Numbered from the whole stretch's first letter, positions 30,696 through 43,155 are shown. The stretch is DNA of 63,355 bases, filler included, from 5 parts of 5 records of this genome joined end to end with filler, not necessarily neighbours in it, one strand, 5' to 3'. Notes: generated by a model not told the origin, from the letters alone. Numbers and translations are program-made.

Positions 30696-31469
30696 GCGCG
30701 CGAGCGTAGCGCGTCGACGCAGGACCGTGGTCAGCAGCCTCCCCCCCCCAATGCAGTGGCCTCGCTCGCACTTCCCCGCCCGCCGGAGAGCACAATACGC
30801 GTCCCGTGTGAACAGAAGCGTATTGCGTGCGAGATCGGAAGAAGCGCGGCGCAGTGGGCGACGGGGTCACGCAGCATCTCCGCGTGAGCCGGCTGCGTCG
30901 CTGCTGTGCGCGCGCCGGCGACGGCAACACGCTGCAGCCCACACAGCCACCACCGACGCCTCTACTGCGCGCGTAGTATCCCGTATTATATTTTTGTGTG
31001 TGTGTGTGCGCGCTCGGTGTGCGCTTGGTCAGGCTGGGCACGACGAAGCGCGGTGTCGCTCTCGGCGGTCTGTATGGATCGCATCCTGTATTCCCGCGCG
31101 TGTCAGCCTGTGTGTATATGCTGGGAGTTCGACTCCTCGCCTCGCGGCAAAGCTCCGCGCTTCAGCGCGCAGCGTGCCCGCAGCGCTGTATGTGCTACGC
31201 AAGTGGAGGTTCTATACATGCGTGCGCAACGCCTTCCGTACCATCTGCGTACATGCACAGCAGAAGCACGCGACAAGTGCCGTCTTGGTCGTCCGAACAG
31301 CGCACGAGCCGGAGATGCGGAGATCGAAACGCCTTGCGCTGATGGACAGTTTCAGATGCGGAGCGCTCCGCTCGATGTCCACCGGATGAGGAGCAAAGCA
31401 CGTTCCTTTGGGAGATCGGACTCGTGCGATTCGCGAGCTCCCCTTGCGAGCCCACCCCGTGCGCACGCC

Positions 31470-34400
31470 TTAGAGCGAGATGCGCACAAGCGCGCCGGCA
31501 GCGCTGCCGAGCGCCAGGACACAGTGCACCGCACCGCGTGTACACTGGCATGCGGCGCGGGTCAGCAGCGCTCCAGAGGCTACGTCGTGTGCCACGGCGC
31601 TCGGCAGCGCTCCAGCGGCTACGTCGTGTACCGCGGCGTTCGGCAGCGCGGCCGGCGCGCAGCTCCGCCCGAGCGCGACCTCGACGCGAGTCCTCCCGAG
31701 CGGCGTCGGAGCGTCACCGCGCGAGATCCGCCGCCACGTGTCTGAGCGACTGCGCACTAGAACCACGCAGTGCTCATCGGAGCCGCCTCTGCAGTGCACG
31801 AATGGAACCGGGAGCACCAGAAGAATAAGTAATATGCTACTGCGGAGTCTGCCGCGCTCGCTCGCTCGCGCCCAGCAGCGACGCGCAGCGCGCCAGCAAC
31901 GCACCGCGAACATGCGCCGACCGCCGCGGCGCGCTCGTTCGACACAATAGATTTCGCAGGGACCATGGTAGGGCCCGGCGCCATCGCAACGGTCAGACGC
32001 CGCACGACCGCAAATGTCGAATACAGCTGCAGAGCGATGGCGACGGAGAATTGCTCGCGCAGCGGCGGAGCATGAGGACCGGTCAGTGGCACAGCGACCG
32101 GGCGGAAAGGCAGCCCCAGCGCGCGCAAAGAGGCCAAAGCAAACGACACTTCATAACCCGCTCAGCACTCCTGTGCACCGTGGCTTCTCACCACCGCGAC
32201 ATTGCTCGTAAGAAATAGATCAGAGCAATATGTAGTGAGTGACGGCCTCCGGTTGATGGGACACCGATATGAGCTCCCGCGTGCGAGGTTCTCGCCCCGA
32301 AACGCCCGCGGCGACGCCGCCGCAGCAAAACGAGCGAGCGGTACCAGTAGGACATACAGGCAATTGCGCTAGCACCACGGCGCTACTTGCATGAACGCGA
32401 CTTGCCATGCGCACCTCAGGGTCGCGGTCCACAACAAGATCCCACCACCACGTCATCGCCCCTCCAGCACACGGCGCGGCGAGTCCCGCCGCCATGCCGT
32501 GGCGCAGGAGAGCCGCCATACCCTGCACCGTTGCGTTTCCCCAAATCTACCACAGCAGCCGCGAACAGCACCAAGGGAGCGCACGAGGGAGCGCTCAGTA
32601 AGCAAACCAATAACAAATCGATGTGACAAGGTTACGCGTCCACAGCGTTTGCATTGCGCAGCGAAGATGGAGCGGCGTGAGGTGGGCCGTGGCAGCTCGG
32701 CGCCTGGATCGCGGAGAATGACACCAACGGCACACGTACCACTACAGCAACTCGCACTGCCAGCGGTGATCCTGTGCGCAGGATAGGGCACCACCTCGTG
32801 CCTAAAGCACGTAGATACGTTTGCGTAGAGCCCTCGGGACCGTGTACTTTTGTAAAGCGCGCACAGGCGAACGGAGCGTGTTCGCAACGTCCGCGCACAC
32901 GGAACCCAAACCGGGCACGCCACGCAAACATTGTGCGCGAGCACGCCAAAATCTAGCGCGAAGTTGCCACGTTTTACACGGCACGCGCGCACGCCACAAT
33001 CCATCTCTTGAGAAATGCCTTCAGCGGCACACCCGACACAGACGACTAGGCGCGGCTGCGTATCAAAACCCTTTACCTTCCGCCCGCACCCTCCTCTGCA
33101 GTTCAAAACGCACATTTCCCAGGCCAAACTCCTCGACAAGCGTCGGCTTGCGGAACATGGTCCACTTTGTCGCACAGAATTTGGTGATATCTTCGACCAT
33201 GTCTTCGGCACCGTAGCTATGTGTTGTTGTAAATGAAATTTGCGGCAACTCCTACGCGGCCGAAAGCCGAGGTTGTGGCAAGGGCAGAGGAAACAAATCG
33301 CGCGCTGCGGGACGCTGTGGGCCGAGTATCCCGCTGCAATTGCCCTGCCCACGCACACGAAGTACCATGCACTGCCTTGCAAGGAGGTCCCTAGCGCATC
33401 CCCTGACACGAACGAGTAGTTCTTTTCCTAAAGAAATAGGGAATGAGACTGTGCATCGATCGCCACCGCGCCGGCGTGTCCCGGGTGCCGCTGCCTCAAG
33501 ACTCCGTCTTGCGGTCCTCGGCGACGCACCTGAATCAGAGCGCTGCCGCTTGAATTGGAAAACGACGTGGTAAACATGATCTTCCGTGACGATGCAGCAA
33601 CCGCGAGATCACCGATGCGTCGATGCCAAGTCGTCGCGTCAGCCTCGACGGAGGCGAAGTCGTCTACAAGGTCGACCTCATTGAAGGCCTCAAGGCTGGA
33701 GCATCCGGGGAAAAGAAAAACCAGATAGAAAATCAGCTAACGTAAAGAGGACAGTGCGCCTGGTCCTTTCCCCAGCAAAGGCGAATCATCGCACGCATCG
33801 CAAGCACATGAACAATCGAATAAACAAGCTATCACAAGTCAACGCGAACCGGGTGTCAAAACGGGAAAGTAGACGTGCCTGCGCGGGGAGTAAAGCGGCG
33901 TGATACGCCCCTCAGGCGCATGATGGAAAGCCAAACAACCTCCAACGTACGCAAGAGCCGACGAATAAGCGCTGTAGCGGGCAGCAATGTACTCGACCCG
34001 CCTCTGAAACAGCTTCTGTGCCTCGGTATTAGTGAAAATTTCATCTGCCGAATGGCATGGTCCGCCATTCGCAACATTGTACACGCTCCGGTTCCACATG
34101 CTAGGCGGGGAAGAGCGAACAGGCACCTCGGGGGGGGGCTGAGAGAGAGTTTCGCGATGGAGGGCTTCAGGACAGTAGAAGACCAACTCCCCTGGTGCGC
34201 AGCACTGCCGCTCAAAGGGATCCCTTCCACAGAGAAGCACCTTGCCATAGTGCTACTCGCTTCATCAAAATAAGCAGAATGATATGGGCTTTCCCTATAG
34301 ATAATGCGCAACAACCGTACCATGGGCCTGTCCAGGAGCAAAAGTAGTTGAACGACTCGATCGTCAGAATCAGGCGAATATCATGCGCGCGCGCTTCCTC

Positions 34401-36503
34401 CAACACATGGTCCACGCGCCAAGCATTCGCCAGATTGATGGATCCCAGCGTAGTTTCCAGAGCGAGATCATCCCATTCACTGCATAAAGGCAATTTAGTT
34501 GCATAAAAAATCAATCAAGCGGTCAGCAACGGACGCAGTGCAACAAAAAACATTAACACATTGCATGAACCACGGCCTTTTGCCAAACGAGTATACCTTC
34601 CCAGATCCGTTCTTGTTCAATACAACTTCGTCTCACAGATATCCTTTTTCAATAAATGCCTAAAAAAGCACTACATAGTCACATATCATAGATTGCTCGC
34701 GTCTCCTTTTCTTGGGAAAAAAGAGCGAGAACAGACTTGTGTCTTTCCAAATCCGCACCGGTCTGTCAGCCACACTCGGCCCATGTTCGCTCCGTGCGTC
34801 CCGAGATTCGACAAATACGCGTCGTACGCATACGTTCCGGACGAGTTTGTCCACGCAATATTCTGCACCAGGAGAACACCAAAGTAGCATGCAGACTCTG
34901 AGTATCATACACCACAGCGGAGTACCCGATCCGCGCGAGCACGCGCAAGCAAGCCAAAGATGATGCGTTTAGTAGACGGAGGAAGCACACCGGCCCCGTT
35001 TCCAGCACTTTCAAAGGAGAAGAGCTTTGGAACGCGATTTCACGCGAGGTCGTTGCATGGTGTTGCATGCCCTTGCATGTTCATACCTCTCCAACGGCAA
35101 ACCATATGCGATCATCATTGCAAAAACTTGAACAGGTTTGGCAGCACGGTGCGGTGAATACGGGTTCGTGTGCTCCCGCTCCTTGGACATCGACAGCGGG
35201 AAGCTGCCGAACGCGACTGCGCCGCGTATCCTCAACAACGATTTCCACTCTGCAGGAATCAAAGCAAGCAGCGCATCCCACGTCATTCACAATGCAGATA
35301 CATGATTTCGATTCTTTTTGTCATATATATCATGTTGTGTGTCCGTAAATTCGTGTCCCTTCGAGACAGAGAGAGAGCCAGCGACAGGACAAACGCGTTC
35401 GCTGCACAGGAGCAAAAAGCTCAGGCGGGGAGAGGGAAGCAGCCGCTCCTACCCGCACGAGGACAGTGCGCACGACTCTGCCAGACCTCTAGCCTCGGTT
35501 CTCTTTTCTTCCTTTTCGTGAAAATGTTCCCAAATACACAATACATACATATAGAAATAGTGTGTACATTATTCGCTGAGACGCGTGAAGAACATGAGAG
35601 GGGGAGAGGAACGCAAGCTGGGAGGCATTGCAGGACTGCGGAAGGGCGAGCGATACCTGCTGCGAGCGCTTGCCGGGAACCGGAGGCGGAAGCGCGCTGC
35701 TCCCGCTGCTGTAAGGACTTCGTCGCCAGAGACTTGTCTGCACAACGAAAAGGACATTGCCGTGGATACATTCCATGAATCAGCGCGCTAGAACAATAAC
35801 ATGAACGAGGATTGAGAAGGCTACTCGCCATTTCACCGTCGTTCTGAATCAGCGCAGCGAGGTGCACCTGCATTCGGACCACGAAAAAATACCGTTGGAA
35901 GCACGAGGAACCCGGGAAAGGGCACAGGGATGCAACGCACCTCCGCGCGAAAGGCTGGTAGTAGAACCCTCGTACTGTGCGCGCACTCCGGCCTATCCGA
36001 AAGAAGACATAGTTCATCATACAAGTGTACGAAATGTTTTAAACATTTAGAGAGTATCAAAATATGGAAGCATATGAAAAAAGCGCATGCGCCGTCCAGT
36101 GATGAGTGCACCGCTCCCTGATGCTTAGCAACGTCGCACACGTACGCGAATCCCAGCTCCCGCGTTCTGCACGACACAAGGCCAGTAGCAAACAAGCGCA
36201 GATCACCAGCAGCTGCGAGGAATGGAGAGTCAGAACAATACCTTGCTGTGTGAGGATAGCATATACAAGTACATCGCTGTCGTCAAACGGATCGCCGAAG
36301 CGAACATCTCCCCAAATGTCACATTCTGCCACTTCGCCGCTGGAGCGCGGGCTTAACGAGCAGTTCGCGCGCAGCGCATCAGTAGCTTCCACGACAGCTG
36401 CACTTTCGTCAAGCACAGCCGCCGAAGCAGCGACGAAAAGAGCTAGGAAACCAAAAGGAAAGAAATGCAGTCTTTCGCGGACCCGAGGCTTTCCTCTCAG
36501 CAT
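31470..36503 (-). CDS. Eukaryotic 12-exon gene (~615 aa), secreted clan GH-A glycoside hydrolase (DUF5060 + GH5-like). Exons 36503-36242, 35992-35941, 35737-35657, 35249-35087, 34862-34759, 34479-34321, 34100-33951, 33695-33530, 33251-33114, 32546-32415, 32026-31905, 31788-31470
   Basis: Hand-spliced; all 11 introns GT-AG with matching phases (1848 nt). Motifs: GDPFD, GFYYQ, FAVGENIAW, GANMGRVW, YIAARY, FNEVD, HSY, KPTLVEEFG, AMTWWWD. Confidence 0.8.
31565..31649. repeat. 39-bp tandem duplication (~2.2 copies), in frame within the last GH exon
   Basis: gcagcgctccag(a/c)ggctacgtcgtgt... twice; encodes ALPNAAVHDVAAG / ALPSAVAHDVASG. Confidence 0.85.
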
Positions 36504-37004
36504 GAGTCCCCTCGTTTTCTTCCCTTTCGCCAGACCCTCGCACGGTAACGGGAGCGAGGGAAAGCGCCCAGCAGTGCGCAGCAGCGACCGACACAAGGCG
36601 AACGACGGGCGACGCAGCGCGAAGCACGAGCGCGGTCGGAGGGAGAGAATTCCACCCAAACGAGAGGGGAGCTACTCCGGAGAGGGCAGCACTCAAACAA
36701 CGTGCCCTCGCCTCCGCACACAGTGCAAATCTCTTGCGCGCAGTACAATGAGGAAACAGCAGTGGAACAACATTCCTCGGGGCGAGAACTTTTGCTCCGG
36801 GAGCAGCGCGGGGGCTCCCAGGCTGTTGTAACAGCGAACTCGCCGCGAGGACCAAACAAGGATTCGAGCTTCCTCCTTCGTACGCAACACTCTGCTGGCA
36901 CAATGTCCCCGTTAACGAAATCAAGCCAGCGCTTTTATTCGTAGAGCACCATAAACATGCGATGGGCTCGCTATCGCATACGAGCAAGGCCGCGGCCCGC
37001 AAGA

Positions 37005-38989
37005 CTAGTCGACGCGAAGGCGATCGTGCTCGGTCGGGCAGAACACCTCTTGCGGGCACTCGAGCGTCTGCGTCTTCGCCGCCTTGGTCTCAAACTGTAA
37101 GCCGAAAAATAAAAATAAAAATGGAATTCCACACACCACACATATTACCCCACAACGAACGGCACGAAAATCACATATTAAAGACAGCAGCAGAAGCTTC
37201 TTGTGAGCGGTCACACAACGAGCATCCGCCTCCAACGGCCAAGCTGTCCGGCGAGATTTGCTGCGCTTTGACACATCAACAAACAAGCTTCTCTTGCAAC
37301 GTGGCAAGACAGCAACCGCCTCGGCCCGTGATTCTACTCATCAGACACACACACGACAATCACATACGCTGTATATTGGCGTACATACATATCCTAAATT
37401 CGATCAGAGAGAATAAAGGGCAAGAAAAGCTAGTCGCACCATGTTCTTCCAGAGCGCGTTCGCCATGCACTCGTGCGTCTGGCGAGCGGGGTGGAAGCAG
37501 TCGAGCTTCGTCAGCCAGCCGCGATCAGGAAGCGACCCGTGTGCGATCGCCGGCTGCATGACAACGGTGAAATCGTCGCGGCCGTGGCCCTGGTATTCTT
37601 CCGCGAGCCTACAGAAAAAGGATGACGAGAAAACACCATCACCATTATTCTTCTTTCGGACTAAGCACGCCGAAGGCGCCCATGCGACAAACAAGGATGG
37701 AGCAACGCGAAGCAGCGTTTCTGACCCACACGCACTTGTGTCGATGGCACGCAAACAACAAAACGACGACATGCGGGCTAGCAAAGCGAGAGCAAAGAGC
37801 GTATTTCTTCCAAATTTTTGGACGCTACTCTGCCTGTGAACGAAAAATGCGAACAAAGCTTCCGTTGCGACGATGACAAAGCTCAAGCTGGGGACAGAGG
37901 GAGACTTCGGACTACTCGAGATAGAAGCGCGCAGATTCCACGCCGATAAAAACAACGGAGTACAAGCTTCGGAATACTTACTTCTCCACAATCTTGAAGT
38001 ACTCCGCATTAATGTTGTCAATCACTTCACGATCTTTCTCGCTTCCCGCGGCACACGGGCACTCGAACTTGTGGAGAATATCGCAGTACAGATCGCCGTG
38101 GCTGGACAGGACAAACGATAGACCCGGAGCCGCCCGTGAGAATCCAGAGCGGTGAAACCAGGTCAAACACACAGGGAGGCAAAAAAGCTACGCTTCCACA
38201 ACACTTCATGCATATCGGAGTTGATCAACGAGAAATAGAGCTCTCAAACTCCCTTTGCACTGAAAGATACCGTCGTACACGATGCGTGCCGGAGAGAAGC
38301 CTGCCGGCAGCTATCACCGGTTGCGCGAAAATCATCGCGACAGCTACCCCAGGGACGAATATAGACCGTCCGCGGGCGTCTCTTGAAGGCAAAGCGTGCG
38401 CTTGGTGCATATTCCAGCACGCGAAGTGGCTATCGCCGAAAGAAAGCAGTCGAGCACATCCACTGGGTAGATTCACCTCCTCTACCGGCAATCACCGACA
38501 AGGACGGCGGAAACGCACCTCAGATCGTACAGCAGCGACACATTCGTCATCGGAACGAGGTTGACGAACAGGCGCGGGATGCTCTTCTCCAGCTTGTCCA
38601 GCGCTGCCCGCAAGTTCGCTTCGTACAGTGTCGGGGTATCTTTGGAAAATTACCAAGGTGAGAAATCGTACGAAAGAGTAGCAGCAAGATCGCCCGTCAT
38701 CGTAAGGACATGCGAAGCAGCCAAGAAAACAAATGCGCGCCCGAGTTTGGAAAACTCTCATGTTTCGCAATGTCGCACCACTCCAAAACCTCGCGCAACA
38801 TACCGCGCTCGTCTCCTTTGCACGCGTCGCACAAGTTGTTCCCGCCGATCAGGATCGTCAGCACTTTCCACTTGTGATCCCAACCAGTATATTTCTGCAC
38901 TTCGCTGATCAGGTAGTCAGCCTGGTCTGGCATATCCTCGGCAATCGCGCCAGACACTGCGGCATTCAAGTGCGAGTCATCGCCGCGTC
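37005..38989 (-). CDS. Eukaryotic phospholipase B1-like SGNH/GDSL lipase, 5' part missing. Exons 38989-38804, 38639-38519, 38101-37982, 37608-37440, 37094-37005
   Basis: LNAAVSGA, WKVLTILIGGNNLC, PRLFVNLV, ECPC, FTVVMQP, DCFH, ALWKNM, CP; phases consistent, GT-AG introns. Confidence 0.88.
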
Positions 38990-39204
38990 CTTCGCCGGGC
39001 AAAGCACCACGCGAAAGGAACCGCGAGCGCGACAAATACGTCAAGGTGCGAACATGCGTGAGCGGGGATGGTTAACACCGAAAAAGTCGCGCCCTGAAGG
39101 TATCCGATGAGTGGGAGAAACAGTCTCACGCAGCGCCCGCGAACCGACCGGTGCAGTCAAGTGCGAGACAACGTCCAGAAGCTACGCGAGTGTGGATTGT
39201 GGTT

Positions 39205-39304
39205 NNNNNNNNNNNNNNNNNNNNNNNNNNNNNNNNNNNNNNNNNNNNTTAATTAATTAANNNNNNNNNNNNNNNNNNNNNNNNNNNNNNNNNNNNNNNN
39301 NNNN
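39205..39304. other. Artificial contig spacer
   Basis: 44 N + TTAATTAATTAA + 44 N. Confidence 0.99.
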
Positions 39305-39399
39305 CGGGATGTCGTCCAGCACAGGCCCATGGAGGTGTTGCCCGTTGAAGGAATCAACGGGCGACGCTGGCGTATAGGAAAGATTGGCGCAGATGGCAA
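39305..39399 (-). promoter_or_regulatory. Promoter and start of a 5' leader, probably of rpsO (gene beyond the contig end)
   Basis: TTGCCA-N17-TATACG (39399-39371) followed by ...GCTGGACGACATCCCG; position downstream of rbfA-truB where rpsO normally lies. Confidence 0.5.
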
Positions 39400-39425
39400 A
39401 GCCTATTTGCAAGACGCTGCGGCGC

Positions 39426-40379
39426 TTACGTGCCCGTCAGGTTCATCACCTGGGCAGAGCTGAGCGGGATCAGCGCAATATCCGCTGCGGTCAAATCCTT
39501 CTGGCCGCTGACCTGTGCCACCACCTGATCCCCCATCCAGACCTGTAACTGGCCGGCATGTTCGGGGTCAGGCTGTACGGTGACATCCGGCACGTCGACA
39601 TCCGCCTCGCCATCATCCCAGATAAACAAAAGAGAATCGTCTTGCGGTTCGAAATCGATGATATCGGCGGGTGCGCCCTCACTGGTCCAATCGCCTAGCA
39701 CAAACAGGTCACTGCCCGCACCACCGTGCAGCATATCACCCTGACCGGCGATGATCATATCATCACCGCCTCCGCCATTCAGAAAATCCATGCTATCGGC
39801 ATCTTGCTGGCTGCCACTGTCAGAGGCACCGGCCACACCGCTTAGCGTGTCATTGCCCGCTCCGCCAAACAGGGTGTCCTCGCCGCCGTCCCCGCGTAGC
39901 AGGTCGTTGCCCAAGCCGCCCGATATTGCATCGTCCCCCGCGCCACCGGACAGCTGGTCATCTCCGCCAGATCCGTTCAGCGCATCATTACCGTCACCGC
40001 CAGACAGAACATCATCGTCATCCTGCCCGACCAGCGTATCATCCAGAGAACCCCCATAAAGGTCGTCATTCCCCGCTGCGCCAATCAGGCTGTCGTCGCC
40101 GACATCACCGATCAGCGTGTCATTGCCATCATCGCCGCGCAACTCGTCATCGCCGTTCCCACCGGTGACAAGGTCCTCTCCACCACCCGCGCTGATGCGG
40201 TCGTCATCGTCACTGCCGGTGATGCTTTCCGCCTGTTCAGAGCCAAGGATCAGGTTCGCCCGTTCGGTGTTGTCTTCGGGTTCGGGATGCGGGCCTTCGC
40301 TCTCGCCGTCGTCACCAATATCGACAAACGCGGCAGCACTGACTGCCATCAGACCCATCAAACCAGCCAACCACAACAT
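39426..40379 (-). CDS. RTX/hemolysin-type calcium-binding repeat protein
   Basis: Many GGxGxDxL nonapeptides; acidic; hydrophobic N-terminus. Confidence 0.9.
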   Translation of the reverse strand: MLWLAGLMGLMAVSAAAFVDIGDDGESEGPHPEPEDNTERANLILGSEQAESITGSDDDDRISAGGGEDLVTGGNGDDELRGDDGNDTLIGDVGDDSLIGAAGNDDLYGGSLDDTLVGQDDDDVLSGGDGNDALNGSGGDDQLSGGAGDDAISGGLGNDLLRGDGGEDTLFGGAGNDTLSGVAGASDSGSQQDADSMDFLNGGGGDDMIIAGQGDMLHGGAGSDLFVLGDWTSEGAPADIIDFEPQDDSLLFIWDDGEADVDVPDVTVQPDPEHAGQLQVWMGDQVVAQVSGQKDLTAADIALIPLSSAQVMNLTGT

Positions 40380-40502
40380 GACAACACCCTAACCAATCTG
40401 CAAAACGGCACTGTGCCGCGGGCCGATACAAGTCACATCGCTGCCTTTGCGTCAAAAGGTAAGGCGTTAACTGGTTAAGAATTTCTATTCTTTTACAGGA
40501 CC

Positions 40503-41009
40503 TTAACGCCATTCCACCGGCTGCTGCGCATAGGGCAGATACAAGGGGTGTTTGGGGTGCCCGTCCTTTGACAACCCCAGATGAAACAGCGGTCGCTCCA
40601 ATCCTTGCAGCAGTTTTGCCACCTCTGGCCCGCGCCCGCGATGCGCCCCATGCACGCCCCACGCCGCGATGACCTGATCCGCCCATGCGGTGCCATCCTG
40701 CAAGATCGCGTCATTCTCTGGCCCCACCGGATCATCGGCGGCGCGCATATCGCGCGGATCGGTGGCGCGCCAGGCAAAGATATTGGTGACGCGAAACCCG
40801 CCAAACCCCAGATGCCGCGCCCGCCGTTCACAGCGCTCAACCGTCGGGTCGTTCTGCACCTCCGTTGCGGTCGAAGGGTTCAGCATCACAAACAGCACCT
40901 TGGGCTGGGCCACATCCCACACCCGCGTCAGGCTGTAACGATACCTCTCGCAATCGGAATAAACCGCGGTCGAGGGCGCATCGCCTTTGGTATGGCTGCG
41001 TGTGATCAT
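40503..41009 (-). CDS. DUF1643 family protein
   Basis: YRYSLTRVW, MLNPSTA, DPTVERC, AWG, PKHPLY; start at MITRSH. Confidence 0.88.
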   Translation of the reverse strand: MITRSHTKGDAPSTAVYSDCERYRYSLTRVWDVAQPKVLFVMLNPSTATEVQNDPTVERCERRARHLGFGGFRVTNIFAWRATDPRDMRAADDPVGPENDAILQDGTAWADQVIAAWGVHGAHRGRGPEVAKLLQGLERPLFHLGLSKDGHPKHPLYLPYAQQPVEWR

Positions 41010-41013
41010 GGGC

Positions 41014-41919
41014 TTAGGTGTTGAACACCCGGTTGGGGTGCAACTCTCCCGCCTTGAAGCGGCCCACGGCCACCGCAACCCCGTCGAAGGAGGCCCAGCA
41101 TTCATCGCCATATTCAACGTCATGGGCAATCACCATGCCGGGGTTGCCATTGCGCAGCTTCACCGCACCTTCGGCGGTGGCTTTCACCTCAGGCAAGTCC
41201 ACCAACCCCTGTTCAAGGGGCAGCAGATGCGCGTCCAGCGCAGGGGTACGCGCCATCTCTTCGATCTGATCGATCGTCAGCCCGTCACCCGCATCAAACG
41301 GCCCCGACCAGACCCGGCGCAATTCGCGCACATGGCCATAACAGCCCAAAGCCGCCCCCAGATCCCGCGCGATAGAACGGACATAGCCACCCTTGCCACA
41401 GACCATCTCAAGCGTCACATGATCCGCGTCTGGTCGGTCGGTCAGCAGCAGGCTCTCGACAAATAGCGGGCGGGCGGCCAGCTCCATTTCCTCGCCATCG
41501 CGGGCGCGTTTATAGGCGCGTTCCCCGTCAATCTTCACGGCGGAAAACTGTGGCGGCACCTGTTCGATGTCACCGATAAAACCCGCCAGCGCCTCTTTGA
41601 TCGCCGCATCATCGGGGCGCAGGTCCGAGGTGTTCAACACCTCGCCTTCCGAATCATCGGTATTGGTTGATACCCCAAGGCGCACGGTGAACTCATAGGC
41701 TTTCAGCGCGTCGGTAATATAGGGAACCGTTTTGGTTGCCTCGCCCAGTGCAATTGCCAGGACACCCGTTGCATCAGGATCAAGCGTGCCTGCATGGCCC
41801 GCCTTTTTCGCTTCAAGGGCCCAGCGCACCTTGTTGACCACCGCTGTTGACGTAGGCCCCGCAGGTTTATCCACCACCAGCCAGCCCGAAATATCGCGTC
41901 CCTTGCGTGTGCGTCCCAT
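41014..41919 (-). CDS. truB: tRNA pseudouridine(55) synthase
   Basis: [29 protein letters not shown]. Confidence 0.97.
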   Translation of the reverse strand: MGRTRKGRDISGWLVVDKPAGPTSTAVVNKVRWALEAKKAGHAGTLDPDATGVLAIALGEATKTVPYITDALKAYEFTVRLGVSTNTDDSEGEVLNTSDLRPDDAAIKEALAGFIGDIEQVPPQFSAVKIDGERAYKRARDGEEMELAARPLFVESLLLTDRPDADHVTLEMVCGKGGYVRSIARDLGAALGCYGHVRELRRVWSGPFDAGDGLTIDQIEEMARTPALDAHLLPLEQGLVDLPEVKATAEGAVKLRNGNPGMVIAHDVEYGDECWASFDGVAVAVGRFKAGELHPNRVFNT

Positions 41920-41986
41920 GATGCCCTCTTTGTTCAAATCAGGCCCGCGCTATACTGTGCGGGCGCGCAACTTCCCAGAGGGAATT

Positions 41987-42730
41987 CTATTCTGCTGGTT
42001 TCACAACGCCAATGATTGGTCCCAGCGTGGTAAACCCCGTGCCACTGCGCCCCAGATCAGGGGCCCGCATCCGCGAAATATTGCCGTCGAAATACAACGC
42101 ATTGGGCAGCTTCAGACGATCGCGAAATAACAAGCCGAATTCGTGAAATGTCACCACATTGTCCGAAATCACAAACACCGCGCGTTTGCCGTCTTGCGTG
42201 GTGCCCACCCCATTGCGGATATAGCGTGAAGTGCTGTCGGGCAGGAACCGCGGATGCAATGCCCCGTCAATGACCAGCATCGGCCCCGATTGTGTGGCCG
42301 AGCGGCAGGCGGGGGCCTGCTCGATAAACTTCAAGGTTTCAATCACATCAGCGCGCCCGTCGCGCAGACACAGCACCCCGTTGGGCAGCAGCCCGAAATT
42401 CCCCGGACCGGCATTCGGGATCACCCGCTGTAATTCAATCCGGTTTTCTACATAATGCCCCACGGGACGGCGATCTTCGTGGTACATGCCCGCGTTGGTG
42501 GCAAAACCCAGTGACAGCCCCTGTTCTTTCAACGCCGCATCCAGCGTGCCGAAATGGCCATAAACCGCGCCAGTGTCATCGGCCAGAAACAGCTCAAGCC
42601 GTTCTGTGCGCAGATCAACCTCGCAGATGACATAGGCGTTGTTGTGATAGGTCTCGCTGCGGCAGTCAGCAGCCGCTGCGGGCAGGGCCAGCAGCATCAG
42701 CCACAACAGCCATGCCGCCAGCGGTTTCAT
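41987..42730 (-). CDS. Exported phosphodiester glycosidase (DUF2233/YigE-like) protein
   Basis: Signal peptide; [36 protein letters not shown]. Confidence 0.88.
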   Translation of the reverse strand: MKPLAAWLLWLMLLALPAAAADCRSETYHNNAYVICEVDLRTERLELFLADDTGAVYGHFGTLDAALKEQGLSLGFATNAGMYHEDRRPVGHYVENRIELQRVIPNAGPGNFGLLPNGVLCLRDGRADVIETLKFIEQAPACRSATQSGPMLVIDGALHPRFLPDSTSRYIRNGVGTTQDGKRAVFVISDNVVTFHEFGLLFRDRLKLPNALYFDGNISRMRAPDLGRSGTGFTTLGPIIGVVKPAE

Positions 42731-43155
42731 CCTTCTGACGCCGGATCAGGAACATCATCAGGTGCATCCGCATCGCGCCGCACCTTGGCATCCGACAGCA
42801 TCCGGCGGGTTTCGTCCATCTGATCAAAGGTCTGATCCAGCTGGAACCGCAGGTCGGGCGAAAATTTCAACGTCAGTTTCTTGGAAACCTGCTTGCGGAT
42901 TTCGTGTTTGTTGCGCGCCAGCAGTTTTAACACCTCGTCCTGACCTTCGCCGCCCAGAGGCAGCACATAGGCCGTTGCCACCTTGAGGTCAGAGGAGGAA
43001 CGCACCTCGCCCACCGTGATCGACATGCGGTTCAGTTCCGGGTCGTGGACATCGCCCCGCGCCAGAACCTCGGACAGCGCCCGCCGGATCGTTTCACCGA
43101 CCCGCAGCTGACGTTGTGTCGGGCCGCGGCCCTCATATGTGTTGTTCTTACCCAT
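42727..43155 (-). CDS. rbfA: Ribosome-binding factor A
   Basis: [23 protein letters not shown]. Confidence 0.96.
   Translation of the reverse strand: MGKNNTYEGRGPTQRQLRVGETIRRALSEVLARGDVHDPELNRMSITVGEVRSSSDLKVATAYVLPLGGEGQDEVLKLLARNKHEIRKQVSKKLTLKFSPDLRFQLDQTFDQMDETRRMLSDAKVRRDADAPDDVPDPASEG

Noticed and set aside
30637..31469. Several Arg/Ala-rich ORFs and a (TG)7 run
   Set aside because: Region between two convergent stop codons, most likely 3' UTRs; no motifs
29588..39204. Eukaryote-like genes as HGT into the bacteria
   Set aside because: Separate contig with spliceosomal introns; adjacency is artificial
39305..39463. Open plus-strand frame at the contig start
   Set aside because: No recognisable protein; better explained as a minus-strand promoter/leader
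40460..40480. Possible CtrA site (also TTAA clusters near 928, 6568, 12169)
   Set aside because: Spacing does not match TTAA-N7-TTAA
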